This document shows positions 39,737 to 49,466 of a stretch of DNA of 64,000 nucleotides, piece after piece. Origin of the DNA: Candidatus Ghiorseimicrobium undicola (GTDB lineage Bacteria; Omnitrophota; Gorgyraeia; Ghiorseimicrobiales; Ghiorseimicrobiaceae); the NCBI GenBank assembly GCA_002796125.1, contig PCWA01000084.1:3238-67237 (forward strand). Direction: 5' to 3'. A program made the position numbers and the translations under genes. Numbering within the stretch: position 1 is the first letter of the stretch; every line of letters starts with the position of its first letter. Under the pieces are notes generated by a model that saw only the letters and a list, made by a program, of their open reading frames with translations, was not told where the DNA came from and did not search any database.

Positions 39737-40565
39737 CTTTTAATTGTTCAACCGTAGAATAGGGGACTTTTACTTTTCCTAATGGATTCTGCGGCTTAAT
39801 ACTACCGTGATAATCCGAACCGCCTGTTTTTATCAAACCGAATTTATCGGCTATTGCCCGGTAATGTTCAATGGCCGAAGGTGAATATTCAGGATAATAC
39901 ACCTCAAGCCCGCCTAATCCAAAGAGACTAAAATCACCTATTAAATCATCATTATTTAAAGTATGCGGATGGGCAAGCACCGGCACTCCTTTTGCTTCTA
40001 AAATCAATTCTATTGCGCCTTTAGGATCAAGTTTAAATCTGGATACGTAGGCAGGGCAATTTTCGCCTATATATTTATCAAAAGCTTCATAGAAACTGGA
40101 AACGTATCCTTGAGAATGCAATGCCCTTGCCAGATGCATCCTGCCAACAGTTGCCGCACCGGCTATCTCAAATACTTTATCGGCTTCAATAGGAATATTT
40201 AAAGAATTAAGTTTTTTTACCATTTCCAGCATCCGAACTACCCTGTCCTGGCGGATCTCTGCCAACTTATCTATAAGGTATCCGTTATTGTAATCAATAA
40301 AAAAACCTAAAATATGCACCTCGATATTATTTCCTTCGGCGCTTAGCTCCAAAGAAGGCACTATCTCAACACCGCTGGCGCCTGCCTCTTTCGTCACCGG
40401 TAACACTCCATCAACGGTATCATGGTCGCATATGGCTATAGCTGAAAGCCCGCAGGATTTAGCAACCTTTACTATCCTCTCGGGGGTATCAGTACCGTCG
40501 GAAAAAACAGTATGGGTATGAAGATCGGCGAATTTCAATCTGTTCTCGCTTTCCAAAGAGTTCAT
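39720..40565 (-). CDS. PHP-domain metal-dependent phosphoesterase embedded in the rib operon
   Basis: 281 aa; FADLHTHTVFSDGTD...ICDHDTVDG PHP motifs. Overlaps ribD by 17 nt and nusB by 4 nt. Confidence 0.7.
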   Translation of the reverse strand: MNSLESENRLKFADLHTHTVFSDGTDTPERIVKVAKSCGLSAIAICDHDTVDGVLPVTKEAGASGVEIVPSLELSAEGNNIEVHILGFFIDYNNGYLIDKLAEIRQDRVVRMLEMVKKLNSLNIPIEADKVFEIAGAATVGRMHLARALHSQGYVSSFYEAFDKYIGENCPAYVSRFKLDPKGAIELILEAKGVPVLAHPHTLNNDDLIGDFSLFGLGGLEVYYPEYSPSAIEHYRAIADKFGLIKTGGSDYHGSIKPQNPLGKVKVPYSTVEQLKDAKPS

Positions 40566-40981
40566 TTATCTTTAGGGGATTCTTTTTTAATCTTATCCAA
40601 AATGCCGTTAACGAACTTTCCGGAATCTTTATCACCGTACTTTTTGGCAAGCTCTATTGCTTCGTTTATGGAAACTTTGGGGGGGATATCTTCTAAAAAC
40701 AAAAGCTCAAAAGTAGCCAGGCGTAAAATATTTCTGTCAATTACCGCCATCCTGCTTATCTGCCAATTCTTGGCAAAAGATATGATTTTTGCATCTATCG
40801 CCTGTAAATTCTCAGCAACTCCTTTAACTAAAATATCTACAAAATCAACCAGGCTTTTATCGCTGTCGGCTTCAAAATTTAACCAGAAGCTATCAACTGC
40901 ATCCTTTAGGTTTTGCCCTGCTATATCAACCTGATAAAGAATCTTTAAGGCGCACTCACGCGCCTGAGTTCGCTTTCTCAA
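40562..40981 (-). CDS. nusB: Transcription antitermination factor NusB
   Basis: 139 aa; [20 protein letters not shown] NusB N-terminus. Confidence 0.85.
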   Translation of the reverse strand: MRKRTQARECALKILYQVDIAGQNLKDAVDSFWLNFEADSDKSLVDFVDILVKGVAENLQAIDAKIISFAKNWQISRMAVIDRNILRLATFELLFLEDIPPKVSINEAIELAKKYGDKDSGKFVNGILDKIKKESPKDK

Positions 40982-41442
40982 ATCAACTCCATCACATTCG
41001 CCATTTCTATGGCATTAAGCGCGGCCTGCGCGCCTTTGTTGCCGTCTTTTGTACCGGCGCGTTCAATGGCCTGTTCAATGGTGTCGGCGGTAATTATGCC
41101 GAATGTAACCGGAAGGCCGCTGTTTAAAGAAACACTGGCTATCCCTTTGGTTGCTTCTGAAGCGATATATTCAAAATGCGGCGTCGCGCCTCTTATAACC
41201 GCCCCCAAACATATCAATGCATCAAATCCTTTTGATTTGGTTAATTTTGCCGCCGCCACAGGTATTTCAAAACAGCCCGGAACCCACACAACTTCAATGC
41301 CGGATTCTTTCGCGCCATGCCTTAAAAGCGTATCCAAACACCCGCTTAAAAGCTCCTTGGTAATAAAATCGTTAAAACGAGATATAACTATAGCAAATTT
41401 TTTATCTTTTGCCAATAGTTGTCCTGAAATTGTCTTTACCAT
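40978..41442 (-). CDS. ribH: 6,7-dimethyl-8-ribityllumazine synthase
   Basis: 154 aa; [14 protein letters not shown] and [15 protein letters not shown] motifs. Confidence 0.9.
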   Translation of the reverse strand: MVKTISGQLLAKDKKFAIVISRFNDFITKELLSGCLDTLLRHGAKESGIEVVWVPGCFEIPVAAAKLTKSKGFDALICLGAVIRGATPHFEYIASEATKGIASVSLNSGLPVTFGIITADTIEQAIERAGTKDGNKGAQAALNAIEMANVMELI

Positions 41443-41509
41443 ATACCCCCCCTTCTATTTTTTAACATATTGCCCTCTGCAGGGAACGGTCGCGACCGCT
41501 CCCTACCCC

Positions 41510-42703
41510 TCACAACAAATGCCCCAGCTTATCTTTCTTCGTCTGTAGGTACTTTTTATTTATCGGATTCGGCTTGATATCTATCGGCACCCTCTCTGCA
41601 ATTTTAATGCCGTATCCCTCCAGGCCGACTATCTTCCTGGGATTATTTGTCAGAAGCCGTACTTCATGTATGCCTAAATCTACCAGCATTTGAGCGCCTA
41701 TCCCATACTCGCGTAAATCAGCCGCCAAACCTAACGCGTAATTGGCATCTACCGTATCCAGCCCTTTGTCCTGCAAAGAATACGCGCGTATTTTATTTAC
41801 AAGGCCAATGCCTCTGCCTTCCTGGTTCATGTATAAAATAACGCCGCATCCTTCCGCGTTTATTTTCTGCATAGCATATTTCAACTGCAGGCCGCAGTCA
41901 CATCTTTGGGAAGCAAATACATCACCGGTAAGACACTGGGAATGTACCCTGACTAAAACTTTTTTATCTTTGACTTCTCCCATAACCAATGCCAGATGAT
42001 GGCTGTTATCGATCAGGGACTCATAAGCAACAAGTTTAAAATTACCGTATCCCGTAGGCAGAACGGTTTCAGCCGTATGCGCGATTAATTTTTCCGATTT
42101 TCTGCGGTATTCTATTAAAGAAGCGATGGTGCCGATTTTGAGATTAAATCTTTTGGCAAATTCTATTAATTGCGGTGTCCGCGCCATCGTGCCGTCATCA
42201 TTCATGATTTCGCATATTACCCCGGATGGATAGAGGCCGGCAAGCTTTGCCAGGTCCACGCTTGCCTCGGTATGGCCGGCCCTTACTAATACACCGCCCT
42301 TTCTTGCCTTTAAAGGAAAAAGATGCCCGGGACGTGATAAATCTTCCGGCTTTGTTTTAGGGTTGATTAAAGTTTGTATGGTTTTAGCCCGGTCGTATGC
42401 GGAAATCCCTGTGGTAATCCCGTGTTTGGCATCGGTCGAGATCATCCAGGCGGTTGAATATGCATCAGGAGCGTGGGAAGAAGAATGCATAGGGTGAAGA
42501 TTTAATTCATGTAATCGCTCTTCTTCCATGGCAATACAAATCAGGCCGCGGGCATGCTTAGTCATAAAATTAATGTCGTCCGGCCTGACTGAAGATGCCG
42601 CGATAATTAAATCTCCTTCATTTTCGCGGTCTTCATCATCAATAAGTACAGCCATCCCACCCTGTTTTATATCTTCTATTATTTCCGGAATAGCGTTAAG
42701 CAT
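41510..42703 (-). CDS. ribBA: Bifunctional 3,4-dihydroxy-2-butanone 4-phosphate synthase / GTP cyclohydrolase II
   Basis: 397 aa; N-terminal DHBP synthase (DREDENEGDL) and C-terminal GCHII with the CxC...C zinc site. Confidence 0.9.
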   Translation of the reverse strand: MLNAIPEIIEDIKQGGMAVLIDDEDRENEGDLIIAASSVRPDDINFMTKHARGLICIAMEEERLHELNLHPMHSSSHAPDAYSTAWMISTDAKHGITTGISAYDRAKTIQTLINPKTKPEDLSRPGHLFPLKARKGGVLVRAGHTEASVDLAKLAGLYPSGVICEIMNDDGTMARTPQLIEFAKRFNLKIGTIASLIEYRRKSEKLIAHTAETVLPTGYGNFKLVAYESLIDNSHHLALVMGEVKDKKVLVRVHSQCLTGDVFASQRCDCGLQLKYAMQKINAEGCGVILYMNQEGRGIGLVNKIRAYSLQDKGLDTVDANYALGLAADLREYGIGAQMLVDLGIHEVRLLTNNPRKIVGLEGYGIKIAERVPIDIKPNPINKKYLQTKKDKLGHLL

Positions 42704-42712
42704 AGTTTACCT

Positions 42713-42962
42713 CAAAAAAAAATCCCGAAGATTCTCTTCGGGATTAAACAAATAAAGCTCTCTAAAATATTCCTCTGGCTTATGCCAAACCGATGGCTTT
42801 ATCTTCTCTCATCTAGACTTTACTATTGGCTCTGGAATCGCACCAGCTCTGTCCTGCTTTTTTAGCAAGACTCGTAGGCTTTCATCCGGCGTTAAAGGAA
42901 GCGCCGATGTGCGCATGCTGCGCAACTACCAGTCGGGAATTACACCCTGCCCCGAAGATTCA
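42713..42962 (-). promoter_or_regulatory. FMN riboswitch (RFN element) with intrinsic terminator, controlling the ribBA operon
   Basis: The minus-strand leader reads ...TCTTCGGGGCAGGGTGTAATTCCCGACTGGTAGT...GCCAATAGTAAAGTCTAGATGAGAGAAGATAA, a match to the conserved FMN aptamer core. It is followed by the hairpin AATCCCGAAGAGAATCTTCGGGATT plus T9 (42713-42745), then GAGG and the ribBA ATG. Confidence 0.85.
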
Positions 42963-42965
42963 ATA

Positions 42966-42993
42966 ATTATACCGCAAATATAAAATTAGTCAA
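42966..42993 (-). promoter_or_regulatory. Sigma70 promoter of the riboflavin operon
   Basis: Minus-strand TTGACT-16 nt-TATAAT immediately upstream of the riboswitch 5' end. Confidence 0.55.
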
Positions 42994-43020
42994 GAAAAAC
43001 ATATTAGGTCAATAAAAATA

Positions 43021-43029
43021 TGTTATAAT
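43021..43029 (+). promoter_or_regulatory. Extended -10 promoter (TGtTATAAT) giving a leaderless mRNA for the CinA-CTD gene
   Basis: TGTTATAAT ends 6 nt before the ATG at 43036; no SD. Confidence 0.4.
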
Positions 43030-43035
43030 ATTTTC

Positions 43036-43512
43036 ATGAAAGCAGAAAAGCAAATCGCGCAAATTATGACAAAAAGACAAAAAACCATTGCTGTGGCAGA
43101 ATCCTGTACCGGCGGGCTGCTCTCCGATTTCCTAACCAATATTCCGGGAAGCTCTAAATTTTTTTATCTAGGCATTACAGCATATAATAATAAATTTAAA
43201 ACATCGCTCTTGAGAGTGCCTTCAGGCACCCTTACAACTAAAGGTGCTGTATCCAAAGAAACAGCCACGGCTATGAGTAAAAATATCCGCGCTATTGCAG
43301 GCACCTCATTAGGCTTAAGCATTACCGGCATAGCAGGCCCGGCTGGCGCCAGCAAAACAAAACCAGTAGGGTTAGTATACATAAGCTTATCTTCGCAAAG
43401 TAAAAACATTTGCAAAAGGTTCCTCTTTAAGGGAAACAGAATTTCCATAAAAAAACAGGCGGCCTACGCCGCCCTAAATTTGCTATTAGCTGAAATCAAG
43501 CAATCCGTGTAA
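43036..43512 (+). CDS. CinA C-terminal domain protein (PncC-like nicotinamide-nucleotide amidohydrolase family)
   Basis: 158 aa; AVAESCTGGLLS motif of the CinA C-terminal domain. Confidence 0.75.
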   Translation: MKAEKQIAQIMTKRQKTIAVAESCTGGLLSDFLTNIPGSSKFFYLGITAYNNKFKTSLLRVPSGTLTTKGAVSKETATAMSKNIRAIAGTSLGLSITGIAGPAGASKTKPVGLVYISLSSQSKNICKRFLFKGNRISIKKQAAYAALNLLLAEIKQSV

Positions 43513-43544
43513 TCATTTTTAAAATCTGTGTAATCATATTTAAA

Positions 43545-44111
43545 ATGCGTACTTTTATCGCCATTGAACTTTCCAAAGAACTACAGAATAAACTTAACTT
43601 CTTGGAGGATAAGCTAAAGCATAACTCTGCCGATGTCAAATGGGTAAAACCTGAAAATATCCATCTTACCTTAAAATTCTTGGGGAACACCGGTGAAGAA
43701 AAATTAGAACCCATTAAAAAAATACTTGATAATTTAGCGGTAAGATTTAAAAAATTTAGCCTAGAAATATCCGGCTTGGGGGCCTTCCCCGGTTTAAAAT
43801 CTCCTCGCGTAATCTGGATAGGATCAAATGTTATAAATGATAATCAGAATATTATCTTAAATATGGTTAAAATACTAGATGAGGAATTAGAAAAATTGGG
43901 CTTTCCCAAAGAAAAAAAACGTTTTCATGCGCATGCCACTATAGGAAGGGTGCGCTCATCAAAAAACATGCAAATATTAAAGGAAAGCCTTGAGAAAAAT
44001 ATTAAATTTAAGGCGGGAATCTTGGAAGCAAATAAAATCTCTCTTATTCAAAGCACCCTTACGCCTTCGGGATCAATCTATACCCCTATCCATACCGTAA
44101 AATTAACCTAA
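43545..44111 (+). CDS. thpR: RNA 2',3'-cyclic phosphodiesterase (2H family, LigT/ThpR)
   Basis: 188 aa; two HxT/S motifs (HLTLKFLG and HAHATIGRV). Confidence 0.8.
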   Translation: MRTFIAIELSKELQNKLNFLEDKLKHNSADVKWVKPENIHLTLKFLGNTGEEKLEPIKKILDNLAVRFKKFSLEISGLGAFPGLKSPRVIWIGSNVINDNQNIILNMVKILDEELEKLGFPKEKKRFHAHATIGRVRSSKNMQILKESLEKNIKFKAGILEANKISLIQSTLTPSGSIYTPIHTVKLT

Positions 44112-44561
44112 AATATTTGCTGCCGATAGCAGCTGTAAAATAACATTCGTATATAGGGCGGCAAGCACGTCATCCAAAACGACACCCGCGCTGCCTCCCA
44201 AAGCTTCGACTTTTCTCATCGGCCATACCTTTACTATATCAAAAAACCTGAAGAGAATAAATCCTGAAACAACATAAGCCCATTTAAAAGGCAGAAACAT
44301 AAATGCAATAAACATCCCCGCCATTTCATCCAGGACTATATGCGAAGAATCTTTTTTGCCTAACAGCTTCTCGGCTTTGCCGGAAACCAAAAAAGCCGCC
44401 AGTAGAAAAAGTAATGTTGCAAGAATGTAGCATAAATAATTGCCGCGGATAAAAAGATAAATTATTAAAGCAACGATGCTTGCCGCAGTCCCCGAAGCCG
44501 GTAAATGCCCCAGGCCGAAAAAAATCGCCGAGTATTTAATCAGTTTTTCTTTGGAATTCAT
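44103..44561 (-). CDS. pgpA: Phosphatidylglycerophosphatase A
   Basis: 152 aa membrane protein of the PgpA family. Confidence 0.7.
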   Translation of the reverse strand: MNSKEKLIKYSAIFFGLGHLPASGTAASIVALIIYLFIRGNYLCYILATLLFLLAAFLVSGKAEKLLGKKDSSHIVLDEMAGMFIAFMFLPFKWAYVVSGFILFRFFDIVKVWPMRKVEALGGSAGVVLDDVLAALYTNVILQLLSAANILG

Positions 44562-45154
44562 TATAATTTCATGAGGTTTTTATTTCTTGAAATAAAAGAC
44601 AACCCGGAAATCACTGTCAAGCTGAGAGTAATACCCATAAGAATAGTTATGCCGCAATAGCTGTAAAACTCTATATCATTATTCCATGCTGAATGTTCCA
44701 GCATAAGCTCTTTAGCTATCAAAAATAACAATATTACAAATATTGTCACCATCTGGGAAACCGTTTTGTATTTACCGGCTTCTTCGGCGGCAAGCACCCT
44801 GCCTTGTTTTAAGGCAATGAGCCGGAATCCGGTAATAAATGACTCCCTTGCGACAATAATTATAACCATCCATGCCGGTATGAGCTGCATCCCCACAAAA
44901 GCCATAAAAGCGCCCAGCACCAATATCTTATCCGCGATTGGATCCATGAGCTTTCCGAAATCCGAAACTATATTGTATTTTCTGGCAAGCCTGCCGTCGT
45001 AGAGATCAGTCAAAGAAGCCAAGGTGAATAATAAAAACGCGCTAATTCTGGGGAGCAAACCCTCCAGAAAAAGAAATATCATAAAAATAAAAGTGAGTAT
45101 TATTCTTAAAGTCGTCAACTGATTAGGAAGCCGCTTTTTCTCCCACAAGGTCAT
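44561..45154 (-). CDS. pgsA: CDP-diacylglycerol-glycerol-3-phosphate 3-phosphatidyltransferase (CDP-alcohol phosphatidyltransferase)
   Basis: 197 aa; LPNQLTTLRI N-terminus and DGxxAR...G...D...D CDP-OH transferase motif (DLYDGRLAR...DPIADK). Confidence 0.75.
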   Translation of the reverse strand: MTLWEKKRLPNQLTTLRIILTFIFMIFLFLEGLLPRISAFLLFTLASLTDLYDGRLARKYNIVSDFGKLMDPIADKILVLGAFMAFVGMQLIPAWMVIIIVARESFITGFRLIALKQGRVLAAEEAGKYKTVSQMVTIFVILLFLIAKELMLEHSAWNNDIEFYSYCGITILMGITLSLTVISGLSFISRNKNLMKL

Positions 45155-46379
45155 ATTCGTATCCTTCGCTTATCTTAGCTCTCATTATATCCCCCGGCCT
45201 TAGCCGGTCTTTTGATTTTATAAAAACAGCGCCGTCTACTTCCGGCGCGTCAAACCTTGACCTGGCAAGATAAATATTATCTTTTTCTTTTTCATCTATG
45301 ATTACCTCCATAGTGCTTCCGACTAACTTCCGGTTAACCCCTTTGGCTATCTCTTGCTGCTTACTCATTAAAATATCAAAACGCTTTTTTTTGAGCGCTG
45401 ACGGGATTTGGCCCGAAAAATCATAAGCTGCCGTGCCTTCTTCGCGGGAATAGATAAACGCCCCAAGCCTTTCAAAACGCGCCAGTTCCATAAAATCAAG
45501 CAGCTCATCGAATTCTTTATCCGTCTCTGAAGGAAAACCTACAATGACCGCGCTACGTATGGCTGCGTTGGGGATTTTTCTTCTTATGCGTTTTAGCAAA
45601 GAAATAATATCCCGTTTGCTTATACGCCTGTTCATAAGTCTCAAGATTCTATCATTAATATGCTGTATCGGCATATCAATATAGCTGCAGATTCTCTCTT
45701 CGTTATTAATTAACTCCAGTAATTCGTTACTGATGCGCGATGGATTTAAATAGAGAAGGCGCAGCCACCTTATATTTTTTGTTTCGCTTAAAATTCTGCG
45801 GATCAGGCGCAAAAGGCCAAGGTTATCATTTTTATCCAAGCCGTAACAGGTAATATCTTGTCCGATAATATTCAGTTCTTTTACGTTTTTCTCATCCAGA
45901 ATACGCGCCTCATTTAGAATATCCTCTTCATTCCTGCTTATAAACTTACCTTTTATTTTAGGGATGACGCAAAAACTGCAATGATTAAAACATCCTTCGC
46001 ATATTTTAAGGTAGGCATAATGAAACGGAGTCAACAGGGTATCGCCGTAAATACCCTCTAACCCAATACGCCCCATAAAAGCATCTACCTCTTTAAATTC
46101 TTTTATGAGTTCCTTAGAGTAGCGTTGAACAAGACACCCGTAAACAAGTATCTTTTTGAGGCTCCCCTTCTTTTTAAGCTCTATAGCATCCAGAATAAAA
46201 CCGATCGACTCTTCTTTTGCCTCCTCTATAAAAGCACAGCTATTTATAATGAGTATCTCGGCGTCTTTAATATTATCTACAAATCTTACGGATTTTTTCT
46301 TTAATGCATTGGCTATGGCTTGCGAATCCACCAGATTGCGCGGGCAACCTAAAGTTAAAATATGTACTTTGGAGGACAT
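45123..46379 (-). CDS. rimO: Ribosomal protein S12 methylthiotransferase RimO (MiaB family radical SAM)
   Basis: 418 aa; N-terminal MTTase domain ILTLGCPRNLVDSQ, radical SAM CEGCFNHCSFC, C-terminal TRAM. Confidence 0.8.
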   Translation of the reverse strand: MSSKVHILTLGCPRNLVDSQAIANALKKKSVRFVDNIKDAEILIINSCAFIEEAKEESIGFILDAIELKKKGSLKKILVYGCLVQRYSKELIKEFKEVDAFMGRIGLEGIYGDTLLTPFHYAYLKICEGCFNHCSFCVIPKIKGKFISRNEEDILNEARILDEKNVKELNIIGQDITCYGLDKNDNLGLLRLIRRILSETKNIRWLRLLYLNPSRISNELLELINNEERICSYIDMPIQHINDRILRLMNRRISKRDIISLLKRIRRKIPNAAIRSAVIVGFPSETDKEFDELLDFMELARFERLGAFIYSREEGTAAYDFSGQIPSALKKKRFDILMSKQQEIAKGVNRKLVGSTMEVIIDEKEKDNIYLARSRFDAPEVDGAVFIKSKDRLRPGDIMRAKISEGYEYDLVGEKAAS

Positions 46380-46380
46380 A

Positions 46381-47145
46381 TTACTTTATCTTAATAGAGC
46401 CGTCTTTGCTGATAACCATGCTTTTGATAGGTTGTTTCTTTTTACCAAGGGGAGGAAGGGCTTTACCGTTTACTTCTAAATCTACGCTTCCGGCGCTGCC
46501 TAAAGATAATTCAATCTCATTTTTTGCAGACCAGCTTTCCACATAATCTTTCTTCAGGCGCCTCTGGAACACCAAAATGCCATCAACTTTAACCTGAACA
46601 TAAGTGGCTTCCTTTGCTTTTATGGTTAATTTTATGCCGTCGGCGCTTAGGGCTTTTTTATGCTCAATGATTCCGGCCTGAGCCGGCTCATTAGCTGCGG
46701 CCTTTGGTTCTAACGCCTTAGAATCCGCAACAGCTTCGACAGGGGGCCTTTCTTTGTTTTTAGCGCCAAAATGTTTTACAAGCGCGGAAAAAGAAAAAAT
46801 AATCACAACACCTATAAATACAGCGGATATAACACCTACGTTTAAGCGCGGCAAGGCCATGGGTTGTTTCTGTCTAATCTCCGAAGCTAACGCGCCTGCC
46901 GCTTTTTTTTCCTGGGAAGGAAAAATATTTCTATAGGCATCCAATATTTGCCCGGCATCAAGATTTAAATATTTCGAATAAATTTTAAGATAACCCTTAA
47001 GATATACGGGATTTATTTTACTTATCCTATCCGATTCTATGTCTATCAGGATTTCTTTGCATATTTTTGTTGCCTGATGCGCTAAATCCAAAGTTATGCC
47101 TTTTTTTTCGCGTGTCTGTTTTAATAACGTACCTAAATATTCCAT
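46381..47145 (-). CDS. RodZ-like cytoskeleton protein (HTH_XRE + TM + DUF4115)
   Basis: 254 aa; N-terminal helix-turn-helix, a single TM helix, C-terminal beta-rich domain. Confidence 0.6.
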   Translation of the reverse strand: MEYLGTLLKQTREKKGITLDLAHQATKICKEILIDIESDRISKINPVYLKGYLKIYSKYLNLDAGQILDAYRNIFPSQEKKAAGALASEIRQKQPMALPRLNVGVISAVFIGVVIIFSFSALVKHFGAKNKERPPVEAVADSKALEPKAAANEPAQAGIIEHKKALSADGIKLTIKAKEATYVQVKVDGILVFQRRLKKDYVESWSAKNEIELSLGSAGSVDLEVNGKALPPLGKKKQPIKSMVISKDGSIKIK

Positions 47146-47160
47146 ATATAATACCGGTTA

Positions 47161-49380
47161 TTATTCACCTGATTCTTCCGCGCCGATCCCTAAATTTTTC
47201 TTAAGATATTCATTCCTATCAACCAGTATTTTACGCGGCCTGCTGCCCTCATACGGCCCTACAAGGCCTTCCTGTTCCATGGCGTCAATAATCCGGGCGG
47301 CGCGAGTATAACCCAGCCGCATACGCCTCTGCAAAATTGAAACGGACGCCTGATTGCTTTCCATAATAACCCGCACTGCATCATCAAAAAGTTCATCTTT
47401 TTCTATATCGCCATACGCTCCTGATGCTTTATCCTGCCCCCTGAGAATATCTTCGCTGTATACCGGTTCGCTCTGTGATTTTATAAAACTGACTACGCGA
47501 TCTATCTCCGAATCTTTCAAATATCCACCCTGGATTCTGATTAATTTTGCCTGGCCGGGTTTTAAAAAGAGCATATCTCCGTTACCCAAAAGCTTATCCG
47601 CTCCGTTTGCATCAAGCACGGTGCGGGAATCTACCTTGGAAGCAACCTTAAAAGAAATACGCGCGGGAAAATTCGCTTTAATTACACCGGTAATTACATC
47701 TACAGACGGCCTTTGTGTCGCTAATATAAGGTGGATTCCTACGGCACGCGATAACTGCGCAAGGCGGGTTATGGCATTCTCAATCTGATTCTGCGCAACC
47801 GCCATAAGATCGGCTAATTCATCTACAACCACTATAATATAAGGAAGTTTATCCGCGCCCCGCGAATTATAAGATTCTATATTACGCACCCCTTCTTTAG
47901 CTAAAATCCTGTAGCGCTCTTCCATTTCAGATACTACCCAGTTAAGCGCGGCAGATACTCTCTTGGCATCGGTAACAACCGGAGATAATAAATGCGGCAG
48001 GCCGTTATAGCATGCCAGCTCCACCATCTTTGGATCAATCATTAATAACTTCAATTCATTCGGCGCAAGGCGGTACAACAAAGACATAATAAGACAATTA
48101 ACACATACGGTCTTTCCCGAGCCTGTGGCTCCGGCTATCAAAAGATGCGGCATCTCCCCTAAGTTGGCGACTATGGGCTTTCCCGCCGTATCCTTGCCTA
48201 AAGCCAGCATAAGCTTGGAAGACGGCTTTAAGAATTCGCCGGATTGGATTACCTCCTTAAAATATACCGAGCCTATCTGCACGTTGGGAACCTCAATGCC
48301 CACCCGGCTCTTGCCCGGTATAGGAGCAACAATTCTAACGGATTGCGCTTTCATCGTAAGCGCGATATCATCCGACAAGGCTACGATTTTCTGAACTTTA
48401 ACTCCGGGCGCCGGCTCAAGCTCATAGCGTGTTATTGCAGGGCCACGCTCTATGTCCGTAACACGTACCGAGATACCAAAATCGGATAAAGTTTCCTCCA
48501 GGATTCTGGCGTTGGCAGTCAAATCCTCCTTTATAGTTTTATCTTTACTTATCAGCGGCGGCTCCTCCAGCAAATCTAAAGAAGGGAGCTGATAGTTTTC
48601 GTCTTCTGTTTTAATAACTTTAATTTCCTGTTTGGGTTTTACTTTTTCTTTATCGCGGTTTATGATAGAAAGCCGGGGATGAGAACTTTCAACAGGCGCC
48701 TGTTTTTGCGGCTTAGGCATATCCGGCTTTTTCTCCATAGCCGGCTTCGACTGCTTAAGAGGCTGCCTGACTTTAATTTCTCTTGGTTTTCTGCCTAAAT
48801 CGATATTTCTTAGTTTTTTAAAACCGTTGGCGAATGATTCTTTGAACGCGCGCGACGATTTGTTCAGCTTATCAAAAAAACCTACCAGTATCGGATATAA
48901 TAAAAATTCACCCAGCAAAAGGCCGGACAAAAGCATAAAAGTAAACATTATTACATACGCGCCCACATTGCCGAAATAAAGGCGGGTAAAATGAGCTATC
49001 CTGTCGCCTATCACCCCTCCTGCCTCAAATGATTTTGCGGAAAATATAAGGCCGAGTAAAGAGCTCACAGATATAATCAAAATACAAAAAGCCACAATCT
49101 TAGCGCTATTAAAAAAATGTTTCCTATGGCGCATCTTGCTTATACCGAAGAAAGCCAACACAAGGGCCAAAAGATAACTTGCCCAGCCGACGACTGAAAG
49201 CAGGCCAAAGGCAAGATAAGCGCCTGCGCCGCGAATAAGATTTTTAGGAGGTATATTAGGATGTGAAGTTAAAAATGGCAGGTCTTCTTTATGGTAGGAA
49301 AAAAGGCTTGCTAAAATAAGAATTACACCGGCAAATATCGCTATTGCCAATATTTCATCCAGTAGGTCGTTCTTTTTCAC
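47161..49380 (-). CDS. ftsK: DNA translocase FtsK
   Basis: 739 aa; N-terminal TM helices, GATGSGKT Walker A, C-terminal gamma winged-helix domain. GTG start. Confidence 0.9.
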   Translation of the reverse strand: MKKNDLLDEILAIAIFAGVILILASLFSYHKEDLPFLTSHPNIPPKNLIRGAGAYLAFGLLSVVGWASYLLALVLAFFGISKMRHRKHFFNSAKIVAFCILIISVSSLLGLIFSAKSFEAGGVIGDRIAHFTRLYFGNVGAYVIMFTFMLLSGLLLGEFLLYPILVGFFDKLNKSSRAFKESFANGFKKLRNIDLGRKPREIKVRQPLKQSKPAMEKKPDMPKPQKQAPVESSHPRLSIINRDKEKVKPKQEIKVIKTEDENYQLPSLDLLEEPPLISKDKTIKEDLTANARILEETLSDFGISVRVTDIERGPAITRYELEPAPGVKVQKIVALSDDIALTMKAQSVRIVAPIPGKSRVGIEVPNVQIGSVYFKEVIQSGEFLKPSSKLMLALGKDTAGKPIVANLGEMPHLLIAGATGSGKTVCVNCLIMSLLYRLAPNELKLLMIDPKMVELACYNGLPHLLSPVVTDAKRVSAALNWVVSEMEERYRILAKEGVRNIESYNSRGADKLPYIIVVVDELADLMAVAQNQIENAITRLAQLSRAVGIHLILATQRPSVDVITGVIKANFPARISFKVASKVDSRTVLDANGADKLLGNGDMLFLKPGQAKLIRIQGGYLKDSEIDRVVSFIKSQSEPVYSEDILRGQDKASGAYGDIEKDELFDDAVRVIMESNQASVSILQRRMRLGYTRAARIIDAMEQEGLVGPYEGSRPRKILVDRNEYLKKNLGIGAEESGE

Positions 49381-49466
49381 CCCGCTCTTCCTTTTTTTAT
49401 AACAATAATCCCTATCTCTTCTTAACAGCTTAAGTTATCTAATAATAAACAGGAGAGCGGGGTTCA
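49376..49466 (-). repeat. Long-range hairpin pairing the pnp stop region with the SD+GTG start of ftsK
   Basis: Minus strand AAATGAACCCCGCTCTCC..66 nt AT-rich..GGAAGAGCGGGGTGAAAAAG. Same motif pair as at 8947-9002. Confidence 0.55.
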
